A stretch of 64,000 nt of DNA from an uncultured Pseudomonadota bacterium (lineage in GTDB: Bacteria; Oederibacteriota; Muellerivitia; Muellerivitales; Muellerivitaceae), in contig CAVYRH010000019.1 in the NCBI GenBank assembly GCA_963770835.1, positions 1 to 64,000 on the forward strand, read 5' to 3'. Shown one piece after another: positions 29,764-41,100 of the stretch. The notes under the pieces were generated by a model. The model searched no databases, was not told the origin of the DNA, and saw only the letters and a list, made by a program, of their open reading frames with translations. Positions within the stretch are counted from its first letter, which is position 1. Each line of letters opens with the position of its first letter. A program made the translations under genes and the position numbers.

Positions 29764-30576
29764 TCAATCTTTCTCCGGATAAACCCGCCCAATCTCCTCG
29801 ATTTGTTCCCGAGTGATGCCCAGGGGGTTTTGTCCCGTTTGTTTGCAAAGCAGGTACACTTTCGCGGCCTTGTTCATCACATCCACCCGGTCAAAGGCTT
29901 CCTCCGGGTCGGCCCCTACCGCCAAGGCCCCGTGTTTTTCCCAAACCGCCACCTTGTAGCCCTTGTTTAAGACCTCCACGGTCGCCTGGGCCAAGGCATC
30001 GGTCCCGGCCAGCCGGTAAGGTACCAAGCCGACACCCCGGGAGACGAAGAGTTTAACTTCGGGAATCATCCCCCAAAGGGCCCAATTCAAGGCGTTTTGG
30101 TTGTTGGTTTCAGGCAGGTGGGTCAAGGCGACCAATTCGTCGGGATGGGTGTGGAGCACCACCTTCAATTTTCCGCCTCCTTTTAGGAGCGAATGTTGAA
30201 GGCTGACGTGGGAGCTCAGCTCGGAAGTAGGCCGAAACCCCGGCCGCTTGCCGCCCCAAAGAATATGGTATCCATCCCCTTTTTCTGAGAATCGAAGCAC
30301 GCAAAGGCAGGCTTCTGGATTCTTTTCAATGTCCCGGAATCGGGTTCCCGTTCCCGTGATCAGCAAACTCCTTCCGTCCATTTCGGACGGGTAACCGGAT
30401 TGTTCCCGAAAAGAGGATGACTTTAAAAGTTTGGGTTTAACTTTAACCAGACCGGTCACATCCCAGGAAAGGTTGCCCGCGTTTTTTTCGGCCCACCCCT
30501 TTTGCCAGAGCATCTGGCCGACCGTTGCGACGGCTTGAATGGCCCCTTTAAGGGCAGGATTTAGCTTAAATGGCAT
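29764..30576 (-). CDS. rhaD: Rhamnulose-1-phosphate aldolase-like class II aldolase
   Basis: GWAEKNAGNLS, PTSELSSH, HTHP, WEKHG. Confidence 0.8.
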   Translation of the reverse strand: MPFKLNPALKGAIQAVATVGQMLWQKGWAEKNAGNLSWDVTGLVKVKPKLLKSSSFREQSGYPSEMDGRSLLITGTGTRFRDIEKNPEACLCVLRFSEKGDGYHILWGGKRPGFRPTSELSSHVSLQHSLLKGGGKLKVVLHTHPDELVALTHLPETNNQNALNWALWGMIPEVKLFVSRGVGLVPYRLAGTDALAQATVEVLNKGYKVAVWEKHGALAVGADPEEAFDRVDVMNKAAKVYLLCKQTGQNPLGITREQIEEIGRVYPEKD

Positions 30577-30604
30577 ATGGATTCCTTATCACAAATGATT
30601 GTCA

Positions 30605-31558
30605 TTAACTTAAAAACTTTCGAACTTGCTGAAATGATTTCAAACCAACAGTAGCCCCCAAAGCGCCTATTGCGCAGGCACCCGCCGCGTTTCCCAATTG
30701 AAGGCACCGTTTTAAATCCCATTTGAGAGCCAAACCTTTAATGAACCCAGCACAAAAACAATCTCCCGCCCCTGTCGTATCCACCACCTTGGGCCTGAAA
30801 GCGGGGGCATTGTGCCTTTCGCCTTTTCGATTCATTAAAAACGAGCCCTTTTCCCCCATCTTCACCACCACGCATTTGGCCCCCAGGGCAAGGAAAGCCT
30901 TGGCGGCCCTCACGTGATCGGTATATCCCAAAAGCATCTTCACTTCCCTGTCGCTGGGCATAAAGTAATCCAGATAAGGAAGACAGGGCTTCAGGGCCTT
31001 CATCCAGCGGTTTTTCATGTCCCAGGCCGTGTCGAGGGAAGTTGTTAGCCCCTTGCGTTGGGCTTCCCGCAGGATGGCCGCCATCGGTTCCCCATCCAGT
31101 TTCGGGAATAAGAAGTAACCTCCAATATGTAAGTGTTGGAAAGCGTGGAGTTTTGAAAGCTCAAGGTCCCGCCGGTAAATGTGGTCATTGGCGGCAACCG
31201 AATGAAGGAAAGACCGCCGGGCCTTGGAATCCACCAGCACCACTGTCGCCGAAGTAGAGACGCTCGGGTCCGCCTTCATGCCGGAAACCTCAACCCCTGC
31301 TTCCTTTAATTGTTCCAGGGCGAATGCGCCGAAATGATCCTTCCCCAGCTTTCCCCAAAGGGAGGTTGGCACCCCCAAGCGGCTTAAGGCCACTGCTGTG
31401 TTGGAAGCGCACCCGCCCAAGGCCATTTCCACGTGGTTCACCGCTAACAATCCCCCCGATGGGGGAAGCTTGTCCACGGGCTTGACCAATACGTCCACCA
31501 GGACGTTGCCCAGGCAAGCAACTCTAAAATCAGTTTTAAGTTTTGCCCTCATTTTCAT
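30605..31558 (-). CDS. PfkB family carbohydrate kinase
   Basis: GGCASNTA..LSRLG, G.D.FG, DTTGAGDCFCAGF. Confidence 0.92.
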   Translation of the reverse strand: MKMRAKLKTDFRVACLGNVLVDVLVKPVDKLPPSGGLLAVNHVEMALGGCASNTAVALSRLGVPTSLWGKLGKDHFGAFALEQLKEAGVEVSGMKADPSVSTSATVVLVDSKARRSFLHSVAANDHIYRRDLELSKLHAFQHLHIGGYFLFPKLDGEPMAAILREAQRKGLTTSLDTAWDMKNRWMKALKPCLPYLDYFMPSDREVKMLLGYTDHVRAAKAFLALGAKCVVVKMGEKGSFLMNRKGERHNAPAFRPKVVDTTGAGDCFCAGFIKGLALKWDLKRCLQLGNAAGACAIGALGATVGLKSFQQVRKFLS

Positions 31559-31785
31559 TTTTGAATATCGGGCTTTGCCCGATGAAAGCAATGAGGGCGA
31601 CACTGTTTTCCTTGCGGGGCCGAAGGCCCTATTGATTTTGGGTAAACCGTGTGAGTTCTTGGCTTTGAGTTGATGAATGTTTTTGAACCTCCGGTTCAAA
31701 AACTTAAATTAAAACAAGAAGAAAAAAAATCGAAAGATTTTTAACCACAACTCAGAACTCAAAATTCATAATTCAAAACTGCTTT

Positions 31786-32538
31786 TCAGAATGGTAGGTG
31801 TTGCCCGATCGTATTTTTTAAGCTATCGGGAACCGGCAGTTTTTCCATGACCTTATTGTGCATATCTTGGAGCATTTGCTGTTTCTTTTGCTCCAACTGG
31901 CCCGATACATTCGTGAAATCCCGGAAGCTGTTCATCTGCTGGCCGGTCAAGGGTGATTTCGGTGAAAAGCCGGTTTTTTGAATCGCCAAACCGTATCCCT
32001 TGTCCACGACCTCTTCCTTGCCACCCGCTCGCGTTAAAATCGAACCCTCAAAGGTCTCGGCATCCACTTGTTGCTTGGTCTTATCGTAATCCACCCCGAA
32101 AACCGTACCCCTTACGCCCGCTACCACTCCCCCCGCTTCCACCTCAAAGGAGGAATTGGACGTGGTCAACTTCATAACCTTGGCCTTTAATTTCCCCCAT
32201 GCCAGGAGAAAACGGGCCTTAAAGTCCTCGCCACCTGTTTCCAATTGGCTCACAGTAACGTCGCTGTCGGGCCCCACTTCGACCACGCCGCCATTTTGGA
32301 ATTCCAGGTAGCCTTTACTGTCGTCACCAGTCTTTATTTCATCAGTTTCAACCAAGGGTTCCGGGGGATTCGCCTGGTGCTGGACACCCCCATGCACAAC
32401 AAAAACCTTGCCCTGGACCTGGGCGACAAAAAGCTGGACTTTTTGGTTTTGGTCCGCGTCGTCCGCCCGAAGCAGGGAAGAAAAACACGATAGGGTGAAA
32501 ATCAAAAACGCCATTCTCATCGTTTTAGTTGAAAACAC
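31786..32538 (-). CDS. FecR-domain exported protein
   Basis: Signal peptide, DEIKTG, FEV...VAGVRGTVFGV; no adjacent ECF sigma gene. Confidence 0.8.
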   Translation of the reverse strand: MFSTKTMRMAFLIFTLSCFSSLLRADDADQNQKVQLFVAQVQGKVFVVHGGVQHQANPPEPLVETDEIKTGDDSKGYLEFQNGGVVEVGPDSDVTVSQLETGGEDFKARFLLAWGKLKAKVMKLTTSNSSFEVEAGGVVAGVRGTVFGVDYDKTKQQVDAETFEGSILTRAGGKEEVVDKGYGLAIQKTGFSPKSPLTGQQMNSFRDFTNVSGQLEQKKQQMLQDMHNKVMEKLPVPDSLKNTIGQHLPF

Positions 32539-32641
32539 TGTGACCCCCTTGGAATTTAGGTGGGCTATATCAAACTAGCTTTCAAACCCTTTCTCAAGTT
32601 AAATAACCCCCTAAAAACTTTGGTTTTAACGGAGGAAAGCA

Positions 32642-32728
32642 TGCGCCGATTTTCCTTATTGGTGTTAAAGGAATTCGGTGCTATACCGACCTCCTTAATC
32701 CCTTTGTGTTCATAGAAGGTCGGCATGC
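32642..32728. repeat. 87-nt double-hairpin element, copy 1 (ends at the start codon of the ArsC-like gene)
   Basis: Aligns without gaps to 33211-33297 (14 mismatches counted by hand, mostly in loops). Confidence 0.85.
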
Positions 32729-33078
32729 TCCAGTTTTATCACTATCCCAACTGCTCCACCTGCCGAAACGCCGAGAAATGGCTGGTCGGCCGCAAAAAGA
32801 CATTAAACTCCATCGACATCACTTTAACCCCGCCCAGCAAGGCGGAACTGAAGAAACACTTGGCTTTGAGCGGAAAGAAAATCACCGACCTGCTTAATAA
32901 GAGCGGCGAGCAATACCGCCTCCTGAACATGAAGGAAAAAGTGAAAACCATGACCGAGGACCAGATCCTGGAACTGCTCTCCAAAAACGGGCGGCTCATC
33001 AAAAGGCCCCTGGTGACCGACGGCAAAAAAGCCACGATCGGTTTCAAGCCGGATGATTTCGCCCAAACCTGGGGTTAG
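32725..33078 (+). CDS. ArsC/Spx/MgsR family thioredoxin-fold protein
   Basis: CSTCRNA CxxC motif and LIKRP. Confidence 0.88.
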   Translation: MLQFYHYPNCSTCRNAEKWLVGRKKTLNSIDITLTPPSKAELKKHLALSGKKITDLLNKSGEQYRLLNMKEKVKTMTEDQILELLSKNGRLIKRPLVTDGKKATIGFKPDDFAQTWG

Positions 33079-33210
33079 GGCTTACTGGGGCCTGCAACCG
33101 CTATTTCTCCTCTTTACCAATGTCTCCAAAAGCCACCCAAACTCTATGATTTGGAACATACCCGCGCGAAATCTCAACTTGCATATTAGTGACCAATTTT
33201 GTATTAGTAG

Positions 33211-33297
33211 TGCGCTGATTTTCCTTAAGGGTGTTAAAGGAATTCAGTGCTATACCGACTTCCTTAATTAGGTTGGCACCATGGAAGGTCGGCATGC
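33211..33297. repeat. 87-nt double-hairpin element, copy 2 (upstream of fbaB)
   Basis: Direct repeat of 32642-32728 with a C-G to T-A compensatory pair in stem 1. Confidence 0.85.
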
Positions 33298-33391
33298 GCC
33301 GATTTTATTCCCATCGGCACAACGCCAATTTCACCGCGCATTCGCGGCAAAATAACGTTTTTCAGCCGTCAAACTCAGGAAGGATGGAATC

Positions 33392-34459
<1,068 letters not shown>

Positions 34460-34472
34460 ACCATCAACAGCC

Positions 34473-34518
34473 AAATAAAAAGCCCTTGGACCTTAAGGTC
34501 CAAGGGCTTTTTTTATTT
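34473..34518. terminator. Bidirectional intrinsic terminator
   Basis: AAATAAAAAGCCCTTGGACC-TTAA-GGTCCAAGGGCTTTTTTTATTT between convergent genes. Confidence 0.85.
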
Positions 34519-34548
34519 CACTTTCCCTCGCAGAAAGTTTAAAACCAT

Positions 34549-35244
34549 CTATTTTTCGACTGTTTTTAACATCTTCCCCGTTGGAACATCGATCCGGCTT
34601 TCGGAGCCGTCGTCAAAGGTAATCTCCGCTTGGTCCTTTTCATTCAAGACCATGAAGGAAATATGGCTTCTCCCACCGCTACCATCCCGTGGGGCGGGAA
34701 CCTTCTTCTCCCACAAGAGCTTTCCCGTCGGCAGGTCATAAGCCCGGACCTTTTGGTGGCCGTAGGTGACGTCACTATCAGCCTCAATGTAATAATCGCC
34801 TTTGATAATGGGCTCCACCCGGGTTCCATTGGTGTAATAAACCGAAGGGTCGTCCTCCCGCTTCTTGAAGCGCTCCACCTTCAGCGAGTCACCCGTGCGG
34901 CGCTCAATAACAAACCAGGTGTCTTGTTCGTTCTCCAAGACGAGGCGGTTTGGCGGGTCCAGGTACATTTTCTTGAGATAAACGTCCTGGCCGTCCTCTT
35001 GCCAGCCAGGTTCCCGCCAGATGCGGTAAAGGTACTTGTCCCAGATTTTCTCGCCCGTGGCCTTCAGGTAGGCCACCACATGCCCTTCCCAATAGGGGTT
35101 CTGGCGGCGGTCCGCAGGTTCGTTGAAAACCACGAACCGGTAGGCCCCGTCGTCCACCGGCGCCAGGACCGGCGGGGGAAGGCGCTTGGACCAAGCCGGG
35201 CCTACCGCGAGCCAACAAACGATCAATAAGAGCGTTTTACGCAA
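34549..35244 (-). CDS. Exported protein with two PQQ-like beta-propeller blade motifs
   Basis: Signal peptide; VVAYLKATGEKIW and VRAYDLPTGKLLW. Confidence 0.6.
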   Translation of the reverse strand: MRKTLLLIVCWLAVGPAWSKRLPPPVLAPVDDGAYRFVVFNEPADRRQNPYWEGHVVAYLKATGEKIWDKYLYRIWREPGWQEDGQDVYLKKMYLDPPNRLVLENEQDTWFVIERRTGDSLKVERFKKREDDPSVYYTNGTRVEPIIKGDYYIEADSDVTYGHQKVRAYDLPTGKLLWEKKVPAPRDGSGGRSHISFMVLNEKDQAEITFDDGSESRIDVPTGKMLKTVEK

Positions 35245-35329
35245 CGCAAGCCTCCGGGGCGGAATTGACCCTTATGTTACCCGCACCGGTTTTATAATGC
35301 CAAAGAAACTCTGGGGGAAAGGATTCGTT

Positions 35330-35524
35330 ATGGCAATGGAAGAAGTCATTGTGGTCATCGGCCACCGGGGAGGCGGGCAGATCCTGGGAGTCTTTACCGA
35401 TGGGAACAAGGTTCGGGCCATGAAAGAAATGGTTGATGCGTTCAACGAAAGGGGATACGTGAGTTTCGAGAAGATCAAGGTGGATGAATTTCAATTGAAA
35501 CGTTTCGGGCTTTACTTCAAATAA
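35330..35524 (+). CDS. Small hypothetical protein
   Basis: MAMEEVIVVIG...; purine-rich SD-like sequence upstream; protein-like composition. Confidence 0.5.
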   Translation: MAMEEVIVVIGHRGGGQILGVFTDGNKVRAMKEMVDAFNERGYVSFEKIKVDEFQLKRFGLYFK

Positions 35525-35563
35525 CAGTGTCATAGAAAAAGTCAAAATTCCTTCCTGCTTTCC

Positions 35564-38122
35564 TCAATGGACGAGCACTATCCGCTTGACCTTCCGGTCA
35601 TAGGGCTCGATCAGGTAGAAAATGTAAACCCCACTGGCGCAGGCGTCCCCGTATTTGTTCTTCCCGTCCCATTGGTAATTGGCGCTGACGGGAGCGCTTA
35701 AGGTCTGCTCGTCCAAAGTCTTAATGTGCTCCCCCGCCGAGTTATAAATCCTCAATCCATAAAACCCGGGGTAACGGCTGTATTGAACCTGGATGGAAAC
35801 CGGCCCCTGGTCCGGATGAAGGACGTTCTGGGAAACCCAGAAGATGTCCGTAAAAGGCACCGTGGAAGTGGGCGTTGCCGTGATGAAAGCTGTGGCGGTC
35901 GACGTCACGGTGGATGTGAGAGAAGCCGTCGGAGTCATGGAGGCCGTCGCGCTGGGCGTCTTGGAAGCCGTCCAAGTGGGCGTCAGGGTCGGGGTAAAGC
36001 TGGGGGTGCGGGTAGGCGTTGACGTTCCCGTGGATGTCGGGGTGGGACTGGGCGTGGCCGTGGGGGTGGAAGTTGAGGTGGAGGACGGCGAGTAAGTGGC
36101 AGTTGCCGTGGCCGTCCAAGTCGGCGTGGAACTGGGGGTGGATATGGGGGTCGAGGTCGCCGTAGAGGCCAGGGTCAAGGTGGCCGTGGCGCTCGGCGTC
36201 ATCGTGGCCGTTGACGTGGGAGTCGGGGTCGGGGTCCCGGTCGGGCTCAAAGTGGGCGTGGAAGAAGGGGTATAGCTATTAACCGGGGTATCCGTTGCGG
36301 TGGCGGAGGCGGTGGAGGTCGCCGTAAGGGAGGCTGTGCCGGTGGCCGTGCTGGTGGCGGTCACCGTGGGGGACGAAGTGGCGGTGGAAGTGGCTGTGTC
36401 GGTCCCCGTATTGGTCGGCGTGGAAGTGGGCGGCTGGGTCCCGGTTGCGGAGGGGGTGAGGGTGGGTGTCAGGGTGGCGGTGGAGCTGGGCGTCGGGCTG
36501 GGAGTGATGGTCGGCGAAGCCGTGGGTGTATAGGTCGCTGTCCGGGTCGAGGTGGAAGTCGGCGAGGCGGTAGGGGTGGCGGAGGCCGTTAAAGTGGAGG
36601 AGGAGGTGGCGGTGGAGGTTGCCGAAGGGGTCGCCGTCGGGGTCCGGCTGGCGGTGGACGTGGGGCTATTGGTGGGAGTTGGGGTCGCGGTGGAAGTGGA
36701 TGTGGAAACCGGCGTATTAGTAGGAGTAAGGGTGGCCGTGGGTGTGGGGCTGGATGTCGGGGTAAAGCTGGGCGAAGGGGTCGGGCTGGAGGTGGCCGTC
36801 GGGGTCGGGGTTTTGGTCGCAGTATTGGTGGCCGTGGCCGTCGGGGTGCCCGTGGGGGTGTTTGACGGCGTCGATGTCAAAGTAAAACTGGCCGTGGAAG
36901 TGGACGTATTGGTGGGCGAGCTTGTGGGTGTTTTGGTCGGGGTGCTCGTCGGCGTGCTGTTAACCGTGGGGGTGTAAGTCGGGGTGGAAGTAGCAGTCCG
37001 GGTGGCGGTGCTGGTGGGAGTGGAGGTAGGCGGACAGAGAAGGGTCACCGAAACCGTGTTGGAAACAGCCGTGACCGGGATGGTGTTGTAAACCATGGAA
37101 GCCTTGTTGGGGGCCACGTAACAATAGTTGGAAGGCTGGATGGAATAATCGATCAACTCGAAAGTGACCGGCACGCAGGCGTCGTAGGGCATTCCGTTCC
37201 CCAGAGTGATGGTCAAGGCGCCCGATCCGGACGCGAAGGCGATTCCCGCCGCGCTTTGGGGGGTGACCAGGTTCCCGTCGTAGTTGTACCCAAAATTGGG
37301 GTCCAAATTATCGATGATGGTCACCGGGTGGGGGATGCCCTGCCCTGTGTTGCAGATGTTCAAGGAATAAGTAACTGGGACGCTTTGGCCGATGTAAGTG
37401 ACGGGCCCCAGGACCGCCTTGGTGAGGGTGATATCCGGCGTGGGAAGGGGGGTGGGGATGGTCATGGTGAAGGATTGCCGGAAAAACTCCGCGCAGGAGG
37501 AGCTGGCCGCCGAGGCCGAAGGGTCCCAGGACAGGAATGGCAGGATATTGCCCGTGTAGGTATCGGTGACGGGAACGTCGGGCTCGTCCAGCATGGTGGC
37601 GGAAGGGACGGTGATGGCCGGCCCCCAGGCCCCCGATGGGATTCCCGCCGGATCGTACCAGTTGCCGCTAATCATGGGCGGCGTGGTGCTTCCCGAGCAG
37701 GCGTTGTACCACAAGGAAACCCCGCCTGAGTCCGAGGCGATGTCGATCGTCTGGCCGCTGGAACAGCCGATCTGGAGGCTCCAGGCCGCCAGCATGATGT
37801 TGGCCTGGACGTTTTGGTCGTAGAGCGCCAGGACGTTGTTGGCGGTGGTGGTGAGCGCCCCGGCCAGGCTGTTGAAGGTGGCGCCCGTCGCCGTATAGCA
37901 GGGCACCCCGTTGGACGTGGACTGGGACAGGTTGAACGTCACGGGGATCTGGATGCCGTCGATATAAGCCACCCCCCAGTCGTCCACGTTCGCGCAAAGC
38001 TGGACGCTGGTCGGGTTGCAGGTCTGGGAAGCGGCCGGCGGAACGGCGGAAAGGAAAAACAAGGCCGCCCCAATCCAAACAGCGGCATCCATGCGTTTAA
38101 AAATGTTTTGAGGTAGCGTCAC
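35564..38122 (-). CDS. Exported surface protein: lectin-like domain, DUF11-like domain, ~395 aa Thr/Pro/Ser stalk, CTD/FlgD-Ig-like C-terminus
   Basis: Signal peptide; [11 protein letters not shown]...FFRQSF; TLTKAV...VTYSLNICN...VTIIDNL; TPT repeats; [12 protein letters not shown]...WDGKN...SGVYIF. Confidence 0.8.
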   Translation of the reverse strand: MTLPQNIFKRMDAAVWIGAALFFLSAVPPAASQTCNPTSVQLCANVDDWGVAYIDGIQIPVTFNLSQSTSNGVPCYTATGATFNSLAGALTTTANNVLALYDQNVQANIMLAAWSLQIGCSSGQTIDIASDSGGVSLWYNACSGSTTPPMISGNWYDPAGIPSGAWGPAITVPSATMLDEPDVPVTDTYTGNILPFLSWDPSASAASSSCAEFFRQSFTMTIPTPLPTPDITLTKAVLGPVTYIGQSVPVTYSLNICNTGQGIPHPVTIIDNLDPNFGYNYDGNLVTPQSAAGIAFASGSGALTITLGNGMPYDACVPVTFELIDYSIQPSNYCYVAPNKASMVYNTIPVTAVSNTVSVTLLCPPTSTPTSTATRTATSTPTYTPTVNSTPTSTPTKTPTSSPTNTSTSTASFTLTSTPSNTPTGTPTATATNTATKTPTPTATSSPTPSPSFTPTSSPTPTATLTPTNTPVSTSTSTATPTPTNSPTSTASRTPTATPSATSTATSSSTLTASATPTASPTSTSTRTATYTPTASPTITPSPTPSSTATLTPTLTPSATGTQPPTSTPTNTGTDTATSTATSSPTVTATSTATGTASLTATSTASATATDTPVNSYTPSSTPTLSPTGTPTPTPTSTATMTPSATATLTLASTATSTPISTPSSTPTWTATATATYSPSSTSTSTPTATPSPTPTSTGTSTPTRTPSFTPTLTPTWTASKTPSATASMTPTASLTSTVTSTATAFITATPTSTVPFTDIFWVSQNVLHPDQGPVSIQVQYSRYPGFYGLRIYNSAGEHIKTLDEQTLSAPVSANYQWDGKNKYGDACASGVYIFYLIEPYDRKVKRIVLVH

Positions 38123-38183
38123 GGTCGGCTCCCCTTGAGGGCTCGGTCAATTATCATCTTTTCTCCGGAATGCCTTTATGATC

Positions 38184-41100
38184 TCAATGAATGAGGATGA
38201 TCCGTTTTGCTTTTTGCGAAAAAGGTTCGATTAAATAGAAAATGTAAACCCCACTCGCGCAGGTATCCCCGTATTTGTTCTTCCCGTCCCATTGGTAGTT
38301 CATGCTGATGGGCGCGCTCAAATTGCCCTCGTCCAGGGTTTTGATGTGTTCTCCCACCGAATTGTAGATCCTCAGTTCATAAGGCCCGGGATAGAGGCTG
38401 TATTGCACCTGGATGGAAACCGATTCCTGCGGCGGATGGAAGAGGTTTTGGGAAACCGTGAAAATGTCCGTGATGGGCACCGTGGCCGTGGGGGTCAAAG
38501 TGATCGAGGAAGTCGGCGAGGCCGTCCAGGTCGAGGTGGGTATCCCTGTTGGGGTAGAGGTAGGGCTGGCCGTCGGCGTCTTGGTAGCCGTCCATGTGGG
38601 CGTCGGGGTCGGGGTGAGGCTGGGGGTTGCCGTGGGAGAGAGCGTGGTGGTGAAAGTGGGCGTCAGGGTGGGAGTGGCCGTTGCGGTGAGGGTGGCCGTC
38701 GAGGTCGCCGTCCAGCTTGCGGTGGGGGTCGGGCTCATCGTCGGGGTTCCGGTGGGAGTGGAAATCGGGGTTGCCGTCGGGCTCAAGCTGGGGGTCCAGG
38801 TGGGCGTCAAGGTGTTGACCGCAGTGGCGGTAGCCGTTGCGGTGGGCGTCAAGGTGGCCGTATTGGCTCCCGTGGCGGTGGCGGTGAAGCTGGCCGTTAG
38901 GGTGGGGCTATTCGTGGGTGAAAAACTGGGACTATTGGTGGCTGTCAAGGTGGGAGAGGAGCTGGAAGTGGGAGTCACGGTGAGGAAGGGTGTGAGGGTG
39001 GCGGAACTGGTGGCCGTCTGAGTCGGCGATGAAGTGGGGGTGGAAGTCGGCGGCAAAGTTCCGGTCGAACTGGGCGTGTTGGTGGCGGTGATCGTTGGGG
39101 TGGGGCTGGGGGTCCCGGTAGGCGTCCGGCTTGCGGTAAAGGACGGCGTAGCTGTCATCGAACTGGTCGGGGAAGCCGTCACACTGGCGGTGGGTGAAAA
39201 GGTGGGAGTGGCGGAGGGGGTTGCCGTCGCGGTCCGGCTCGAAGTGGGAGAAGGGCTGTTCGTTGGGGTGGAAGTCGCGGTGGAAGTGGGGGTATTGGCC
39301 GTGGTGTTGGTGGGGGTGAAGCTTGCGGTCAAACTGGGGGTCGGCGTAGGGGTCCAGCTGGCGGTCGGCGTTGGAGTCCAGGTGGGGGACGCGGTGGGGC
39401 TGAAGGTGGGAGTCAGGGTGGGTGAAAAAGTAGGGCTGGGCGTGGGCGTGAAGGTCGGGGTCATCGTGGGCGAATAGGTCGGGCTATAAGTGGGTGTCAT
39501 GGTGGGGCTGGCGGTTGGCGACTTGGTCGGGGTCGCGGTGGGGGTGGCCGTCACCCCGCTGACGGTCACATAAGCCGCCAGGGAGGTTTCCAGTACCCGG
39601 TTCAGTCCCGACAGGGTCGCCGTGTTGGGGATGACGGTTCCCCCGCCCGCCGTCACCTGGGCCACCCAGGTTTCAGTCACGCTGGCGCCCGGGGCCACGT
39701 TGCCCAGGTTCCAGGTGATGGGCGGCATGTTGGCGCCGCCGCCCGAGGCCGAGGTGAAAGTCTCCCCTGCGGGCACGGTATCCGTGACAACCACGCCCGT
39801 GGCCCAATCGTCCGAAAGAATGAAATTACTGAACTGTGTGCCCGTGGCGGTGGCATCCACGCCGAAGTAACCCGGTCCCGCGATCGTGGCGTCGGTTTCG
39901 GACAGCACCTGATTATAGGGGCCTCCGTTGGTGGAGACATAAATGGTGAAACTGCTCCCGTTGAGCATCGCCTCGACGTTGATGGGCCCGGGTAGTCCGG
40001 CGGTCCCGTTGTTGGGCGCAACAAAATTGCCGACCCCCGTGGCCCCGCCCACCGTGGTAAAAGACGACCCGCCATTGGTGGTGTAAAGCAACGCGATTTG
40101 GGCTGCGCTGGGGTAGGTGTTGCCGTTGATCCAGAGGTAATAAAAACTATTCCCGTTTTGGCGCAGGATGGCGCCTGCCGGCTGGTAGGCGGGTTCATAG
40201 ACGGTGAAATTCAAAGTTCCGTTGGTTCCATAGGCCCCGCTGTTGACGATTCCGCTGGGGCCGTAATTATTCAGGTTCAGGTCGCCTCCCGAGAGCCCCC
40301 AGTTGGAAAGCGCCAGGGACCCGGCCACCGTCGTCCATCCGCTTAAAGTTCCGGCCGCGAAGTTGGCCGTGAAAAGCCCCGGGTGCTGGTTGGTGTAGAT
40401 GAGGGTGTAGGTCACCGGGCTGCCCGATGAAACCGAGGTGGGGTTGGCGGTTTTCACGATCTCTGCCGGGGTCGGCGTGGCCGTGGGCATGGGTGTGCAG
40501 GCCACGCTGACGGCCGCCGAATTGGAATCCGCGGTTTTTTCCTTGCCGTTCAGGTCCGTGAGGATTGCCGAGTTGGGGATCGAGGAGCAGGTGGCGGCGT
40601 TGCTCTTGACCACCGCCCAATAGGTCACCGTTCCCGACTCGGTGGCCATCAGGTCCGGCCAGGTCCAGGAAACGGTGTTGGTTCCGGTGTTGTAGGCCGT
40701 GACGGCGTCGCAGGGGGCGCCCACGAAGCCTCCGAAGGTGAGGTTGGAATTCAGGCTGTCGGTCAGCTGGGCGTTGATGTCCCGGCCGTAATAGGGGGCG
40801 TTGCCCGAAACCACGCGCCAGGTATAGCCGTCGTATTCCTCCACCAAAAGGTTGGTGACCGCGTTGGAGCCCCCCTGGTTGCAGGGGTCGGCGTAGCCGC
40901 CCGGGTCGGTAAGCGCGGTCTTGATGTCGACGTAGTCGTCGCCCGCATAGGACGCGCAGGAATTGGCGAGGGGGCCCGCGTTGTAGCTCCAGTCGGCGGT
41001 GTTGTTGCGCGTGGCATCGTTGGATTCGTAAAGGTTGACCTGGGTCAGCACCTGTCCGCCCCAGCCGCTCCATTGCTGGATTAGGTAACGGTCCGGCAGG

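Noticed and set aside
32642..33297. 87-nt repeats as a CRISPR array or integron attC sites
   Set aside because: Only two full copies 569 bp apart, too long for CRISPR repeats, no cas or integrase gene in the window, and no RYYYAAC/GTTRRRY ends.
35726..39477. Val/Gly-rich plus-strand ORFs (e.g. 36552..36977, 38413..39021, 39034..39477)
   Set aside because: Antisense shadows of the Thr/Pro codons of the minus-strand stalk proteins.
35850..39555. Thr/Pro tracts as VNTR or diversity-generating repeats
   Set aside because: No exact DNA repeat unit, no reverse transcriptase, and the differences between the two similar CTD regions are not adenine-specific.
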